Shown: positions 12,983 to 27,138, counted from the whole stretch's first letter. The stretch: DNA of 62,926 nucleotides, filler included, from Intoshia linei (GCA_001642005.1; 8 parts of 8 records of this genome joined end to end with filler, not necessarily neighbours in it), one strand, 5' to 3'. The notes: a model not told the origin generated them from the letters alone. Made by a program: numbers and translations.

Positions 12983-13658
12983 CAGTGGTTCGCAACCCGT
13001 GTTCCGTTAAATATAAATTGAAAAGTTTCAAATTAATTAAAAAAAAATCATATTTTGATAAATACGTTAAATAATGATAATATGATAATAATAATGATTA
13101 GATAAATACGATCGGTCAACTTAATTATAATACTTTTTGTGTTTATTTTAAATTATCTTATTTAGAATTTAAAAATAATTATTCTATTTATTTATTCTAT
13201 TATTTGTCTGATTTCCTATAATTTAATTCTGCATTTTAATATATTCAGTACTTATTTTGATCAAAACAAGTCATAAATGGATTAATGTTATATTAGTGGT
13301 TCTTATCGTTACGTATTAACTAGGAAAGATCCAAATTATAATCTTACTTGCATTGACAGGAATTAAGCATAAGAAACGGGCAAAGCTGTTGTCGGTAGAA
13401 GAAGAACTTCGCGAATGTCTCTCAAAAACACGTGCAAGAATTAAAAACCTCGGTAAAAAATATCAGGCCCAAATATCTCATTGAGAAAGAAAAATTAATT
13501 TCTTTATTAAAAAATTTATGTTTTCAATATTAGAAGCGTAATTTTTTAATTAAAAATCAAATTATTTTATATATGCGACAGCGAAAAAAATTTTTGATCA
13601 CGCGATTTTTTGAAAGTTCATAAGGGTTTCGCGCAGTAAAAAAGGTTGAGAAACACTG
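12983..13658 (+). mobile_element. hAT (Charlie/Buster-like) deletion derivative
   Basis: TIRs CAGTGGTTCGCAACC / GGTTGAGAAACACTG. Transposase C-terminal remnant EEELRECLSKTRARIKNLGKKYQAQISH*. Confidence 0.75.
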
Positions 13659-13659
13659 T

Positions 13660-15187
13660 TTTAGATCTTTGTTGTACACCTCGATGTAGTACATTCAAGG
13701 CTTCTTGTAACTCACGATTGGTTACTGGTGTCTCTAAAAATAAAAATATACTTTAAAAATAATAAAATTTTAGATGTAATACCTGTATCATTTTCAGTTT
13801 GATTCTCTAACAAATCACCTTTGTCAGTATTTACCTGGCACACGTCCACTACATTAATATCAGAGATAATTTCTATATTTGCATCTATATCCACCCACTG
13901 TTGAAATTCACTATCATATAGTTCACTGACATTGTTAACATCTATTTCAGATGGTAGATTTATGGTATCTATTTTATTGAATTGTCTGTATAGACACTTG
14001 TACCCTAAGAACTTGCTGCCATATGCACTGCAGTAAGAACTGATATTTTTTTAACAAGTACATTTGCGTTATACATATCACAATTATCAAGTGTTATTAT
14101 TTGAGATTTGATTTATTTTCGGTAATATGACTTAAAGTTTCGTATTATGGCCTGGTCACACGGCTGAATAATAGACGTTGTATTCGCCGGTAACAACATT
14201 ATTTTGATATGATTTAATTGGCCAATGTTTTTGTGAGCCATGCAATTGTCAATTAATAACAAAATGTTATCATCCAAAAATAAGTCCCATTTAATCAGCC
14301 AATCTGTGAATATAGATCTAGTCATCCAAGAATTTGGACTACTTGCATAATCAACGGGTAACATTCTAATGCCTCTAAAGCATCGTGGGCTTTTGCTTTT
14401 TCCGATTACCAATAGTTTTTTTTTTGGCCTTCCGTATTGACGCATCACAATAATGTAAGTCGTTCTTTGATTACTTTAAACCCCTTATAGCTGTCATATT
14501 AAAATAAATACATATGATTAGGCATTGCCCGAAAATATAATCCGGTTTCATCAGCATTGTAAATGTTCTTCGGACTATATTCATTTACAATTCTGGGCAA
14601 CTCGGTTTTTGGCCAATCGTCAGCTGCTACAAAATCTGCACTTTTTTCTTTTCCATGAATTTGTTTGTAAACAATATTCTCTCTTTTTTTCCACCTATTC
14701 AATCATCCATCTGTAGCTTTAAAATTTTCTATATTCATAGTTTTTGCAATTTCTTCAGCTTTTCGACGCAAAATTGGTCCATCTATTAAAGCATTTTTTC
14801 ACGTAAATGCGAAAACCAAAGCTTCAGTGCAGATTCAACATCTTTATACATTCCCAGTCTTTTTTTTTCATCTTCATGTTGTCATTCATGATTAATGCAC
14901 ATTGAATATTCGTTCTATTCTTTAAAATTGTGTTCAAAAGAGATTATGGTATTTTGAGTTTTGTAGCAGCACTGCGTTGACTCATTTTTGGCAGTTTTTC
15001 ATATTCCATTATTATTTTTTTTTCTCTTGAATTGTTAAATTTGATCTTTTCTTATATTTTGACATTTTTGATATCTATAAGCGGATTAAATATCATACAT
15101 TTTGATCAAAATGTACGGGATTCTTAATTTTGATCATTATATGCGGCTGATCACTATATCCGTGATCAATATAAGCGGATTCTACTG
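13660..15187 (-). mobile_element. Tigger/pogo (CENP-B/DDE_1) transposon with a pseudogenised transposase
   Basis: TA-CAGTAGAATCCGC end at ~15187. Motifs MSKYKKRSNLTIQEKKKII (HTH), YNADETGLYFR, LLLIDNCMAH, QPCDQAIIRNFK. Stops and frameshifts present. Confidence 0.9.
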
Positions 15188-16659
15188 TAATTGTAAAGAA
15201 TTAGAAGAGCTAACAGTAGAAAAAATCAAAGAAGAGCCTAAGATAGATAATATAGTATGTGAAGATATAACATATCCAGAGTTATCAAAATATCTAAGTT
15301 TAATTGAAAAAATAAAAGTCATGACATCAAGGATTTCTCCATCAGCTCTAATTGATATTTATACCCTTGAAACAAAATGTCACAAGATTATCTCAAATAC
15401 AAAAAAGCAAACCAAAATATTCCAATATTTTCAAAAATCTGATAAATTCATAAATAAAAAATAATAAATGTAAATAATTTTTTAAATTACAATAACTAGA
15501 ATTAACATTTTATAAATTTTATTTTATTGAGCGATATTAAAAAAATCTAAAAATAGCTTCTCTCTACCCCACTTATTTGAATAACTATTATAATTCATTA
15601 TAAACATTCACATGTATTTATTTAGTATTCACAATCTCCAATATAGAAATATATCTTTTCATAGCTGTATTTAATAATTTTATAGAAAAAAATCGCTAAA
15701 CATCCTGTTTAGTGGAATTCCTAAATTTTTAAGTTCCAAAAATTCCGTTAAATAAAAATTAGACTGTATTTCAAATTAAACATTCTTGAATATTAAATAA
15801 ATTTATTTTGTGTGTTAAATCTAAAATATCAATTCAAGAGACTTGGAGAGGTGACTACGGGCTATATAACACTACACATCGTTGACAAATTTTTGGATAC
15901 CTCGAGCTTTGTAGCTTCGGCTGAAATCATCATGGTAAAATTGGTTGATTAACAAAATTTAAATTTTTAACGAGTAAAATTAATTATCTGGATTTTAGTA
16001 AACAATTTCAAAGAGGACTCTTTATAATTACTAATTATAATACTAGTAGTCTTAGATTACCGATATATTAATTTCTATTAGAAATTTTCTGAACATAATT
16101 AAATTGAAAACCATGGACACATGTCAATTATTTTAAAATTGTCCATAATTAAGTTTATTAGTAATTTCAAATAATTTCAAATTTATATATTTCATAATTA
16201 TAAAAATGATCTAATTTTACAGATACAAATTTAATATGAAAATACCAACCTCTACTGTAAATACATATCAAATGTTTTTATTTATATATTAGAATTGTAT
16301 ATTTATGAATCTTGTGGAAATGCTGAATTTTCATTTCGAATCACCAAAATATTTGGAAAATGCACTACAAACATCAATAAAACTGTTTAACAATTTTGAA
16401 ACGTACAACGATGGTAATTAAAAAATTTATCATTACTCGGTTTTTCTTGAATTTTTTAGTGTATTATTTGTCTATGAGTCTATGACTGAGTTTCACACAA
16501 TTTTTGTTGCCAAAATATGACCATATTTTTAACCCTAATTAATTTTCTTTTTTGAAGTGTTCACTTTTGAGAGGTTGAGAAATTAGATGCATTTATACAT
16601 TTTTTATTAATCTTTTTATTCTTATCGAACCAAGTTATGAATGAAAGTATGGATTAGAG

Positions 16660-16885
16660 CAGTGGTTTTCAACCTTTTTGTATTTGCGCGACCCCCTTAT
16701 AAACATAAAAAATTTTCGCGATCCAAAAATTTTCAGAATGTAAAAATATTTCCGTAACATTATTACTGTTATTACTATCGTTATTACTGTCAATAATATA
16801 TTAAAATAAATAAATGTATTCATAAAATTTTCAAATTCTCACGACCCCCTGATAAATTTCGCGACCCTCTGGTTGAAAAGCACTG
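16660..16885 (+). mobile_element. hAT MITE with perfect 8-bp TSD
   Basis: TIRs CAGTGGTTTTCAACC / GGTTGAAAAGCACTG, TSD GATTAGAG on both sides. A related end occurs at 30633. Confidence 0.9.
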
Positions 16886-17378
16886 GATTAGAGCATAGTT
16901 TTTCAAACTAATTTTATTAAGTGTAAACTAACAATATATTCAAAATCTCCAAATCTTACCGGTATTGTTAGAAAAGTACTGGGTTAATGGGTTAGATTTT
17001 GAAACTTGTAGGTAATAACTTTTTGGAGAGTGGTTTACACATAGACCAGAGGTTGGGAAGCATTTACTTTTCGAAGAATATAGTAATATCCCAAAAAAAA
17101 TTTAATAAGGCCGCACCTTTCTAAATAAGATGTAATCAAATACAGCAGTGCTTCTCATGGGGGTGAAGACCAACATTTTAGATGATTGGGGTGAATGATA
17201 AGTATTTAGCTTATTTTATTCAATTTATTAGGTCGTTTCATAAGTAATGTCGTTTTTATTGTAACTTTATTATAAATCNNNNNNNNNNNNNNNNNNNNNN
17301 NNNNNNNNNNNNNNNNNNNNNNTTAATTAATTAANNNNNNNNNNNNNNNNNNNNNNNNNNNNNNNNNNNNNNNNNNNN

Positions 17379-17741
17379 CAATAAAGAAATATGGGTGAAA
17401 ATCTATATAATTCATTCCTTCGGATTTTTTTTCATTGCTACGCTTTAAATTTCATATTCTTATTTTTAAATCACTTTGTATAAAATTTAAATTAAAACTA
17501 CAACAACGATTATTAATAGTAATACAACTTTATTATAATCATTTTTATATTTATTACAATCCTTTGCAATATTGGTTAAATTCGCCGTGTAAATGTGGTG
17601 AAATATGTTTATAAAATAAAGATTCTGTTAGATTAGTATTAAGTTAGATTTTCAACGTATGTTTATTTTTTTGTAAGAATAAAGATGTTCCCTTGGCAGA
17701 GTTAGGTGCTGTTTGTATTTATTACATAACAGTCAACCTAG
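17379..17741 (+). mobile_element. Helitron-like family 3' fragment (begins at a gap)
   Basis: Shared internal sequence and CAACCTAG|T end. Confidence 0.65.
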
Positions 17742-18590
17742 TACACATTATAAATAATCTCGACTGTAAACCGTTTAATTGGACTGTATACAATTTATTT
17801 TGCACTGTTTACAATTAAACCAACCAGTTGTGAGACAGAGAGAGTGTTCTCAAATACTGAACATTATACATGTATGTATAACTAAACAAACAACTAATCT
17901 TTCGCTAGAAGCTTTTAATTCTTTATTTTTTTTAATATTTCTTTCAAACCAGAGCATAATAAATTAAAAACATCTACCCTTTTTTAATTTTAAGGTTTTC
18001 GCGCACTTTCCGCTTTTTTTAAAATGTATGGTTATGATATGGATATGATTAATGTACGACCCACTAAGACATATACCACGTTTGATAAGAAAATATTATA
18101 TATTTAACCGTACCGGGCGTTATTTCGATAAAAAAGGATTTTGTTAATATGTATTATTTTGAAAAATTACACTATGCATAATTACCACCATTTTGTTGGG
18201 AACATAAAAATGTGAGCGTCTCTATTCTGTCATTTAGATAAATTAATTTTAATGAAATAAAGTAATATGAAGTTATTAGCATAGTCGCTATTTATCAAAT
18301 ATTATTAATATTTATCTATTATTTAATAAATACGTATTCAGATTAAATCTTCCACAAAGATTGATGGATAAAATGAAATCAAGTAGATCATTAATTCAAT
18401 TTAATCAATAATAATAAAATTTAATCAAATAATAATATTCAGACCTGTCAGTAGTGAACCTTACAAAAATAACTATTAGAATCATAAAAATTCTACGTGA
18501 TATTGAATTTAATTATTAGTTTATTGTGTATTATTAGATTTTATTTATACAGTAATAGCGTGACTCTACCTGTACTACAGGCCCTGTAGT

Positions 18591-18994
18591 CAATGGCGGA
18601 TCTAGTGTTTTCAGCCAGCAGGGCGAAATAATTATTAGGGAATAACCTCATATAATTTATTTACATTTTATTTTTTATATTATGTTTATTTATATATTTC
18701 TTTATTTTTTATTCTACTAAATTTTTTAACAATTGCATCAAAGTCGACATTTTTGGCAAGTTCTCTTTCAATTATCAACAACGTTAAGTCCGATAATTTA
18801 ACTTAAACTCCGATATCATATTAATATGCATAATACGTAAACAATGATAACAAGCATAATTTAATACATGCATTTGATGGTCCTATAAAAAAAGTTAACT
18901 TTACAATGTTAATATACAAATTAAAATATTTTAGGGGAACATTTGTCACGCCAGGGGGGCTACCGCCTTCTGCACCCACCTAGATCCGCTACTG
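18591..18994 (-). mobile_element. hAT (Tip100-like) deletion derivative
   Basis: TIRs CAATGGCGGATCTAG / CTAGATCCGCTACTG, TSD CCTGTAGT/TCTGTAGT. Minus-strand remnant LSDLTLLIIERELAKNVDFDAIVKKFS (hAT dimerisation tail). Confidence 0.85.
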
Positions 18995-19250
18995 TCTGTA
19001 GTACAGATTAATTACTCTCGACAACAGTATTAGAAATTTAATTTTGTTAAATTCTAAGACTGTTAAATTTTTAAATAAACGGTAACATACAGTCGAACCG
19101 ACACACAGAGAAAAATAATTAAATTTATATAAGTAAAGGATTAACTGTTTTTGTTACATATTGTCAGGTTTGATTTGCTCTATAATATATAATAATATAA
19201 TATATACATATACATAATGTATGTATTAATATAGAGTCTATATTATAGAC

Positions 19251-19350
19251 CAGGGGTGTCAGACTTAATTTGCTTGGCGGGCAAAATGTGAAAAAAAAAT
19301 TATTACCCGCAATTATGCAAATGACCCGAGGGCCGCATAATTGAAACATG
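19251..19350 (+). mobile_element. 100-bp hAT MITE
   Basis: Degenerate TIRs CAGGGGTGTCAGA / TTGAAACATG, near-TSD TTATAGAC/TAATAGAC. Confidence 0.6.
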
Positions 19351-19751
19351 TAATAGACTCTATATTAAGATTTTACGATTTATTATAATATTAATTGAAT
19401 TACATATGTATACCTATTGTTTAACTTTAACTTGTTAGAAACTATTATGTTGAAAAATTACTTACATAATTTTTTAGAAATTGTCGATGCAATATTATCA
19501 CAACCATTTCTTGGAATTTATTAAATAAAATTTACAACTTTGTATTTCTTGCAAGTTTCAATGTAAAACTTGCATTCTTTCATTTATTATTTACAGTAGT
19601 AGCGAAAGTGAGAGTGATTTAATATTCGCACTACCAAATTCGTAGTTAATTTATTTATGTTATTGCTGATAATGAAGCAAAAATATCTCTTCGTTGATGC
19701 AATTCACTTGGTGTAACTTACGAGAATACATGGGATATATTATGTATAATA

Positions 19752-21080
19752 CTAGGTTGACTGTTATGTACAACGTACAAACAGGACCTAGCTCTGCCGA
19801 GAGCACACTTTTATTCTACCAAAAAAATAAATTCATGTTGAACATCAAACTTAAAAATCCTACTATTCACTATTATCAATCTTTTAAAAGAGTGGTTCCC
19901 AAATTTGTGTCATATCACATTACTTTTTACATTAAAGTGTTTTATTCCATCTTAATTTTTTGTTTAACATTTAAAAATAAAGTAAAAACATTTCAATCCT
20001 AAAAATTGTCATAAATAGTATAAATTTCAGAAAAAATAAAATTATAAAAACCTATTTTGTCATTTTCAATGTGATGATATATATTCAGAACCAATTTAAT
20101 AAAACTTAAAAATACCAATTATGTATTAATAATTAACCGAATCTTCACTGTATAAATATATTTTAGTCGAATTTTTCCAAAACTGCAAAGAATTGTAATA
20201 AATATAAAAATAATATTTTATATATAACAAAATGGTTTTAGTTGTATATATTGTATTCAAAATGTTTTAAAAATGAGAATTTGAAATTTAAAAATTACCT
20301 AGCAATAAAAAAAAATCCGAAGGAATGAATTATATAGATTTTCACCCATATTTCTTTATTGGAAAAGTGTAGACGTTCAATGCACATTTTTGTTGAAATT
20401 GTAGGATCCATATTTACATTTTCAATTTTTATTTTAATCAAAATATTTGAAAAATATTGGTTGAATATATTAAAAGTATTTTTCACCCGGGAATGCGTAG
20501 ATTTCTCGGGTTAAAATTTTGTATTTATATCAACTGGAATAAGGTCTATCAGAATAATCTTTTGTTTTAATTTTCGAACCGTTAATTATTTCACATTTTT
20601 TTTTAATAAAATATTTCGAAAAAAAAATATATGAATACTAAAATGCTTTTTTGACCGTGAAGTCGTCCATTTATTCGGATTGCAATTTACTGTGTGTGTT
20701 AACAGGATACAACTGTACAACATGTCAATTTTTTGTAATTCTAGGGCTGTTTTCATTAAAAAAAAGAAAAGTAATTTGAGGTTTTGGCCCTGAAGATAAA
20801 ATTTTTTTAAATTTAAATTTAAGGTAATGTTTATGATTTTAAAATCTGTATCAGCGTATATATTTTTTAAATTCTCCAACTCGTTTGATTTTCAAAAAGA
20901 GGGACAACTGGGATTTTTAACCCGTAAGATGTTAAATTGGGACGTTGAAATTAAGTTTGCGAACACCCCCGGAAAAAACTGTAATTGAAATGTAGATGTT
21001 ATAAAATTTTAAGACGGAATTTATTTAAATAAAGGGTAACACACAACACAAACAAAAATCGCGTAGCATATTATATAAGT
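19752..21080 (-). mobile_element. Non-autonomous Helitron-like element, near-full-length ~1.3 kb copy of a multi-copy family
   Basis: Homologous to 17379-17741, 38208-39180, 42250-42628, 46026-47000 and 50070-50748. Copies start A|TCTAT..TATATAAT and end CTAG|T with a GC-rich hairpin upstream. No TIR or TSD. Confidence 0.7.
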
Positions 21081-21468
21081 TAATTATATAATGTAATATA
21101 TGATGAGAAATGTCCAATTTTTTAAATTTTGTAGTTAGACATATTTTAACATTTTGTTCTGTCGATACCCATTTATTTTTCCTTAACATCAATCAATTAT
21201 AATAAATTTTTGGGATAATACATGGTAGTTAGATATCCAATAAATTACAATCTGTCGAGAAAAAAACTTGTATTAAAAAATTTCTAGTACAGACTACAAT
21301 TGTAAATTTTAAAAAAATATCAATTGGCTCTAATGACATTCCTCTGGTCCTTACGTTCCTCCCGTCATTCCGTCATATGCAAACAATATTTTTCTTTGTT
21401 TATTTCAACGTTTGTCAACTAGTACGCTAAGTAAATTTTATGTCATTTTATCAATTTTATCACAGTTC

Positions 21469-21733
21469 TGAACCTACCTTACCGAGACCCATCTTCGGGG
21501 GATGGAGTTGGAGGATTTGACAAAAATTTTGAAAATGTGGCATTATTTTTTTAAATTCATCATTGAAACAGTTATATTCTTGAATAGCATAACTATTTTG
21601 TGTGCAAATTTAAAATATCAAGTCAAAAGTTTTAGACAGGTTGTTATGGCTATGTGACACAGTTATAGTTTGTGAAAAATTTTTTAGCTGCCTATTTTTC
21701 ATTTTCGGGTGGTCTCGAGCTGGGTAGATTCAG
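21469..21733. mobile_element. TIR-bearing MITE, superfamily unclear
   Basis: Inverted ends GAACCTACCTTACCGAGACCC / GGTCTCGAGCTGGGTAGATTC. A similar end occurs at ~40611. Confidence 0.55.
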
Positions 21734-21817
21734 CTCTATATATATCATTTTATAGATTCTCAGTTACATCGAATTTTTGTTTTATATACTGAAACAATAA
21801 TTTTCAGCTTTTGTTAG

Positions 21818-24800
21818 CAAAAATTCATTCCACAGTATAGAATATAAAGTAAAGATTTGTGATAGGCATCCATGAAATGTAAAATATTTAGTATTTTGTT
21901 ATTTTCATGTGCACCAAATTTTTGTAGTTGATTACTAAAATTTGTAAACTCGATTACTCGATTATTACTCGAATAAAAATGCAATATTAAAAACTACCAA
22001 TAACAACAAATTAGAATTGATAGATTCAATAGAATTTTATTTGTATTTATGATATGGCTAAATTTTTTTCATTTCAGGATTCATATAATTTCCAATCTGA
22101 AATAGAAGGTACGATGACTTGTTTAATGAAAATTTTATACATACAATATCTCCAATATATACATTTTTCATTTAGAATTATACAGTTACTCTGAAAATGA
22201 AACTTTCTATGAAAATCAAAAAAATTTTGTAAATCTAGTTCGATCTTATAAAAATGATGGTAACTTGTTTATATTAAATTTGATAATTTTTAATATACAA
22301 AATACCCATTTAAAAATACGCATTTTATATTAAAAGAATTTATTATTTATGTCTGGTACCAAAAAATAATATTCCCTAAAAAATTGGTCGAAAAATTATC
22401 TTTGAAAGATGTAAACAATGTTCCCTTAAATATCAAAATCTTTAAAAATTGGATGACAAAAAATTTCTTTTAAAAACCTTTCAAAATTTAGGTCCCAAAA
22501 TGTTTTTAACAAAAGGAACCAATAAAAATTTGATCAAAAAATCAATAATACACACCCCCCGACAAAACGTTAGAGTACCCTATAAAAATGCTATTAAAAC
22601 CATTTTCTGGATAAAAATTAAAATAAAATTTAATAAATTTAGAAAATGTCACTTATCTATGACATATCAAAGTGTATAAATATAATTTATTGCAATTATT
22701 CATTGCTAATTACCCCAAAATATTTATTTATATTATCGATCACGCGACAAAAGTGCTCTAAGAGCTATTATATTTTAGGTATTAATTAGCACTAAAGCTA
22801 AATTTTTTAATTTTAAAATATATCTAATTAATAAATACATATAGAATACACAATTTTTAATAAAGATGTCTAAAGGAAAATATTTAAATGAACGGGAAAA
22901 GGGAATTATTGATTATATGATAAAGGAAGAGCATAGCCAGTCGAAAATTGCAGTAACATTAGCAAGAAGTAGGAAGTGTATACAAACGTATCTCAATAAT
23001 CGTTCGTCAAAAAAATTAAATAATAAAATTGGACGCGCAAAGATATTAAATCCATCTGATAGACGACTTTTATTGCAAGAAGCGTCTAATTCTCGTCTTA
23101 GTGCTAGTTCAATAAAATCAAATTGTTTTTTTAATGACGTTTCCACTCGGACGATACAACGGGAATTATGTTCCTCACCGAACATTTAACGAAGAGTCAT
23201 TATAAAATGCCCAAATGTTACAAAACTCCACATAGAAAAAAGGATACTTTTTACTCGTACCAATGTGTTCATTAATTGGAATCAAATATGTTTTTCCAAT
23301 GAAAAACGTTTTAACCTGGACGGACCAGATGGTTATTTCTACTATTTCCACGATATTAGGAAAGAGCAATTATCCAAATTAAAACGATAATGTGGAGGAA
23401 ACAGTGTAATGGTTTGGGGAGGATTTGGAAAAAAATTTAAAACTAAATTATGTTTTACACGAAAAATTCAACTTTGAAAGATATATAACAATATTAAATG
23501 AATTCTTACTTCCTTACAAAACGAATTTTAGAATATTCTAACAAGACAATGCACCTATACACGCGTATAAAATGACTAAAGAATGGTTAAATCGTAAAAA
23601 TATTACTATTCTTCCGTGGCCACCATGCTCACCGGATCTAAACCCAATAGAAAATATATGGGGAATGATGACTGGGATTGTATATAAAGATGGAAAACAA
23701 TATAAATGTTTAAAAGATCTGAGATCAGCCATAGAGAGAGCTTGGAATTCTATTGGCCAACATAAGGTTAACATCTTAATTGCAAGTATGCCTTCTAGAA
23801 TTTTTGAAGTTATTACAAATAAAGGTGTAATAACTCATTATTAAAGTTATAACATATTTTAAATAAATTATTGTACCTATTTTGCTGTAAATTAGAAAGC
23901 GTTAGAGCGCTTTTGTCGCATATTTTTTTCGACTTTTTTTCATTTTCAAAATTATAAAAAAGTATACATAATTACACAATTTAAAATTCGGGGCAATAAC
24001 TGATATACCATATTTTTTTAGTATTTAAAAAATTAGATTATAAATTATTTTAGTTTTAATTATATTTCAATATAATACAGGTGCTATAAGGTTTTGGAAA
24101 AATCTATAAATATGCTTAATATCCGCAATTTTTATTGCTTTTTCTAAATTTTTTAAATTTAAGAATCATGGACTGAAAACTATGAATTTTATCAAAATAC
24201 CACCGAATTTATGAATGTGATGAGATATTTATTAAAAGAAATTGCTGATATTTTGAATTTGGAAAAATCCAGAGTTGCGACAAGTGCACTATTGTACATT
24301 TTTCAAGGTTGCTTCGGTGTTTGTTCTAATGTTGCACAAGTTTTGGTCAATATAGAATTAAACTGCTTGTTTATTTTTAAACGTAATCAGTTTCCAGTAA
24401 TTTGTCTTTTAATTAACGTCTGCATTCAAAATAAAATGTAATTTATATATTTGTTAATTAAATACAAATTAATTAATTTAACAATGTCTTTAGATGGCTA
24501 TCAAAAAACGGGAATATTCATTCGTATCAAAAATTTGATTATTTAAAGTAATGATATAAATGTTATATTGTTTGACACGACCGCGAAAATGTCCATATGG
24601 ATCCCTGGAATCTGGGACGAGGCCATAATGACCAGGGGAAATATTTGAGTTTGATGTAATTTTTGATAAACTGGGACAATTGCGACACAACGGTTACTTG
24701 TTACCGACCCTGGACTAATCAAACTAAATTTTAGTGATACAATTTATTAATCTATTTTTGTTTATAAATATGCACTAATTTTAGAAATTTGCTCAACATT

Positions 24801-27114
24801 GCATTCACTATAATTGATGTAGTTTACAAACACGATGATTTAATTGATCAATTACGAGATGAATTATTAATGTCGTCAAAATTACACGTTTCATTTCCAA
24901 AACTATTATTCAATGCAATAGCATATTTTGTAAATAAGGATGTGACTCATTTTCCAATAAAAAAAATATTTTTAATTCTCCAAAAATCTATAATGGCGAT
25001 AACTGGTGGATTCAATCGTTTACATCAACTAAAAAAGAAATCTAGAAAATTATGCGGATTGTCAGATGACATTGAAGATAATAATGAAATGATTTGCTCT
25101 ATGCGTCCTCATGTTCCACGTCAAAAATACACAATGGATTCTATGCTCGATGATTTTATCCCTGAAGAAACAAATTCGAATGGATGGATGCCAATCATGT
25201 TTAATATGTATTATGGAAATGTAGAAAGAAGCATGAATTATATTAGAAAAAAACAAAATATATCTTATCCACACGTTGTTGTACCCATCGAAGTTACTTT
25301 TAATTCAACTCAAAGCCTTTACAAATTTTGGAGAAATAAAACTTACCGAAAAGATTTGTTATTATTTTTAAACGTTCAACGTCGTAAATACTTGGGATTC
25401 GAATATATTAACAATGTTTCTACCGTGATTGGTTTGCCGTCACCTATTAAAACGTGTGCCATAACTATGAAACGCTACCTCTTTACTCCTCTAAGTGTGA
25501 TACAAGAAGAACAACATGATTTTGCAATGAAGTATCCCTTTGTGTCCATCAAAAATGAAGTGAAAACGAAGGAATATGATTACATTAAAAAACTATACAG
25601 TTGTTTGTTGAATGACTTTACGCTGTATATAACTTCAATGCTCAAGATATTATTAACTGCATCGCCAACATACAAAAATTGTTCCATTAATTTATTGTCA
25701 AATTTGTCTCCTTCAACCAATTATGATTTGACGAATTCGGCTCAGTCGATAATGTATGAAATTGATTGTAGTAGACAAAAAGAAATTATTGTAAAATGCA
25801 TTTCTTCCATATTTTTACTTTTGTTGCAGTATTTTAAGCTGCATCATATTTACGAGTTTGAATTTTTTTGTGAAAAAATTGTTCGGGTCAATGGTATACC
25901 TTGGATTTTAAATTTTTTCAATCAAGACATTGAAAGTTACATTACATCCAAAAATAGCATAAATTGCTTAAATTTTCCAAATTGTATTTTTGAAAAGGAA
26001 AAAAACATGAAATCGAAAATTGAAAAAAATATTGAATACATGTGTTTGAAAAATACTCTTTGCTGGCGCAATACGTTTTCCATTGTATGTCTACTACGAG
26101 TTTTACTCAAACTTGGAAAAAATAAATCAACCATTTTAAAAATGTTGGTGTACCATAAATGTGCTGCAATTCTGAGGAATATATTGACGGTTCCCAGTGT
26201 ACACATTTTAATGTATTCTTTAAAATTGATAAAATATCAAATTCGTTATTTGGGGCGCATTTGGAGAAGAACTGGGACAATCTTAGTTACTTTGATTCAT
26301 AGATATGTACGACATGTGTATGCTGATGATTGGGCTTATTTTATCGGTAATTTCTGCAGTGGATGACCGGAAATACAAAAGCGTTTATTAAACAACCAAT
26401 TCCTTGTTAAATTCGCGGATGGGCATCCACCACTGATGTATTTTAATAATACTACTAAAATTATATTTAACTTTTAATTTAGAAGCGTTGCCAAATTTGG
26501 TTGAAAACGATTCCCAAGAATCTGCAAATATTCTTTTGAACAATCGTACCAAAAAAGAATTGGAAACATTGAAATGTATAGACGAATACAATGAAAGAGT
26601 TTATAGTTACTGCGAACGCATTTTAATGAGACAAAAAGTACTTACCAAAGTCAATACTAAGTTGGATGGAGAAACAATAAACAAATTTAAAATCGGTCAT
26701 GTAATCCCAGTCAGTAATTTAAAATTGAGGTTAAAGCGAAATTTACACATTTGTATTAAAAACGCAGACGAATCTTTGAAAAACAATGAAACTTTTATTG
26801 ATTTCACCAAAAATACGATAAATACAGAATCAAACAAAATTTACCATCAAGCCATTGTATTGGCTAGGCAGGTACAAAATTTTGATTGTTTAAACCCACA
26901 AAATTCAAAACTTTGCAATATGGACATGTGCCATTTTCTCAATGGTTACAAAACTAATTCTAAAGAATTTGATCAAATTCTGAGTAAACATCTCGGAGAT
27001 ATTGAACTTAGCGACTACTTTGTTCAAAATTATAAAACGTGGCTAGATGATGAAATTATAAACAAAAAAATTAATTGGGATAAACTATTCTCTTACCCGT
27101 TTCCAAGTGATTAA
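21818..27114 (+). CDS. STRIP1: Striatin-interacting protein (STRIP1/2, FAM40/Far11); 5' end uncertain
   Basis: Exons give IEYKDSYNFQSEIEELYSYSE, ALLYIFQGCFG, HFPIKKIFLIL, MLKILLTASPT, RQKEIIVKCISSIFLLLLQYFKLHHIYEFE, CWRNTFS..LLRVLLKL, YLGRIWRR, DDWAY, YKTWLDDEI..KINWD, which are N1221/DUF3402 motifs. Confidence 0.92.
22551..24105 (+). mobile_element. Tc1/Tc3-like DD34E transposon in a STRIP intron, transposase disrupted
   Basis: HTH ORF at 22866, FSNEKRFNLDGPDG, QDNAPIH-(34 aa)-SPDLNPIENIW. IR/DR-type ends: inner GCGACAAAAGTGCTCTAA (22744) / TTAGAGCGCTTTTGTCGC (23902), plus degenerate outer repeats. Frameshifts and stops present. Confidence 0.9.
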
Positions 27115-27138
27115 TTTTTAATAGATCTCAATATACAT

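Larger units (their letters stand above)
12680..15766 (+). mobile_element. Outer Tigger/pogo-like element, internally deleted and interrupted
   Basis: Related termini (TATTTAACGGAATTT.. / ..AAATTCCGTTAAATAAAAATTAGACTG-TA). N-terminal HTH MKNLKRKKLSLDLKMKIVDDL at ~12872 and C-terminal KKQTKIFQYF at ~15430. Confidence 0.65.

Noticed and set aside
16120-16490. Possible small spliced gene (..NCIFMNLVEMLNFHFESPKYLENALQTSIKLFNNFETYND..)
   Set aside because: Plausible splice sites, but short, with no recognisable motif and an uncertain start; insufficient support.
20295-20879. ORFs 20295-20486 and 20586-20879, and similar 19694-20002, 46729-46965, 50545-50736
   Set aside because: They lie inside or overlap the non-coding Helitron-like repeat, and the frames are not conserved between copies.
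25062-26591. Antisense ORFs over STRIP, and similar ones over LRR1, NUP133 and the transposases
   Set aside because: Shadow ORFs opposite well-supported coding exons.
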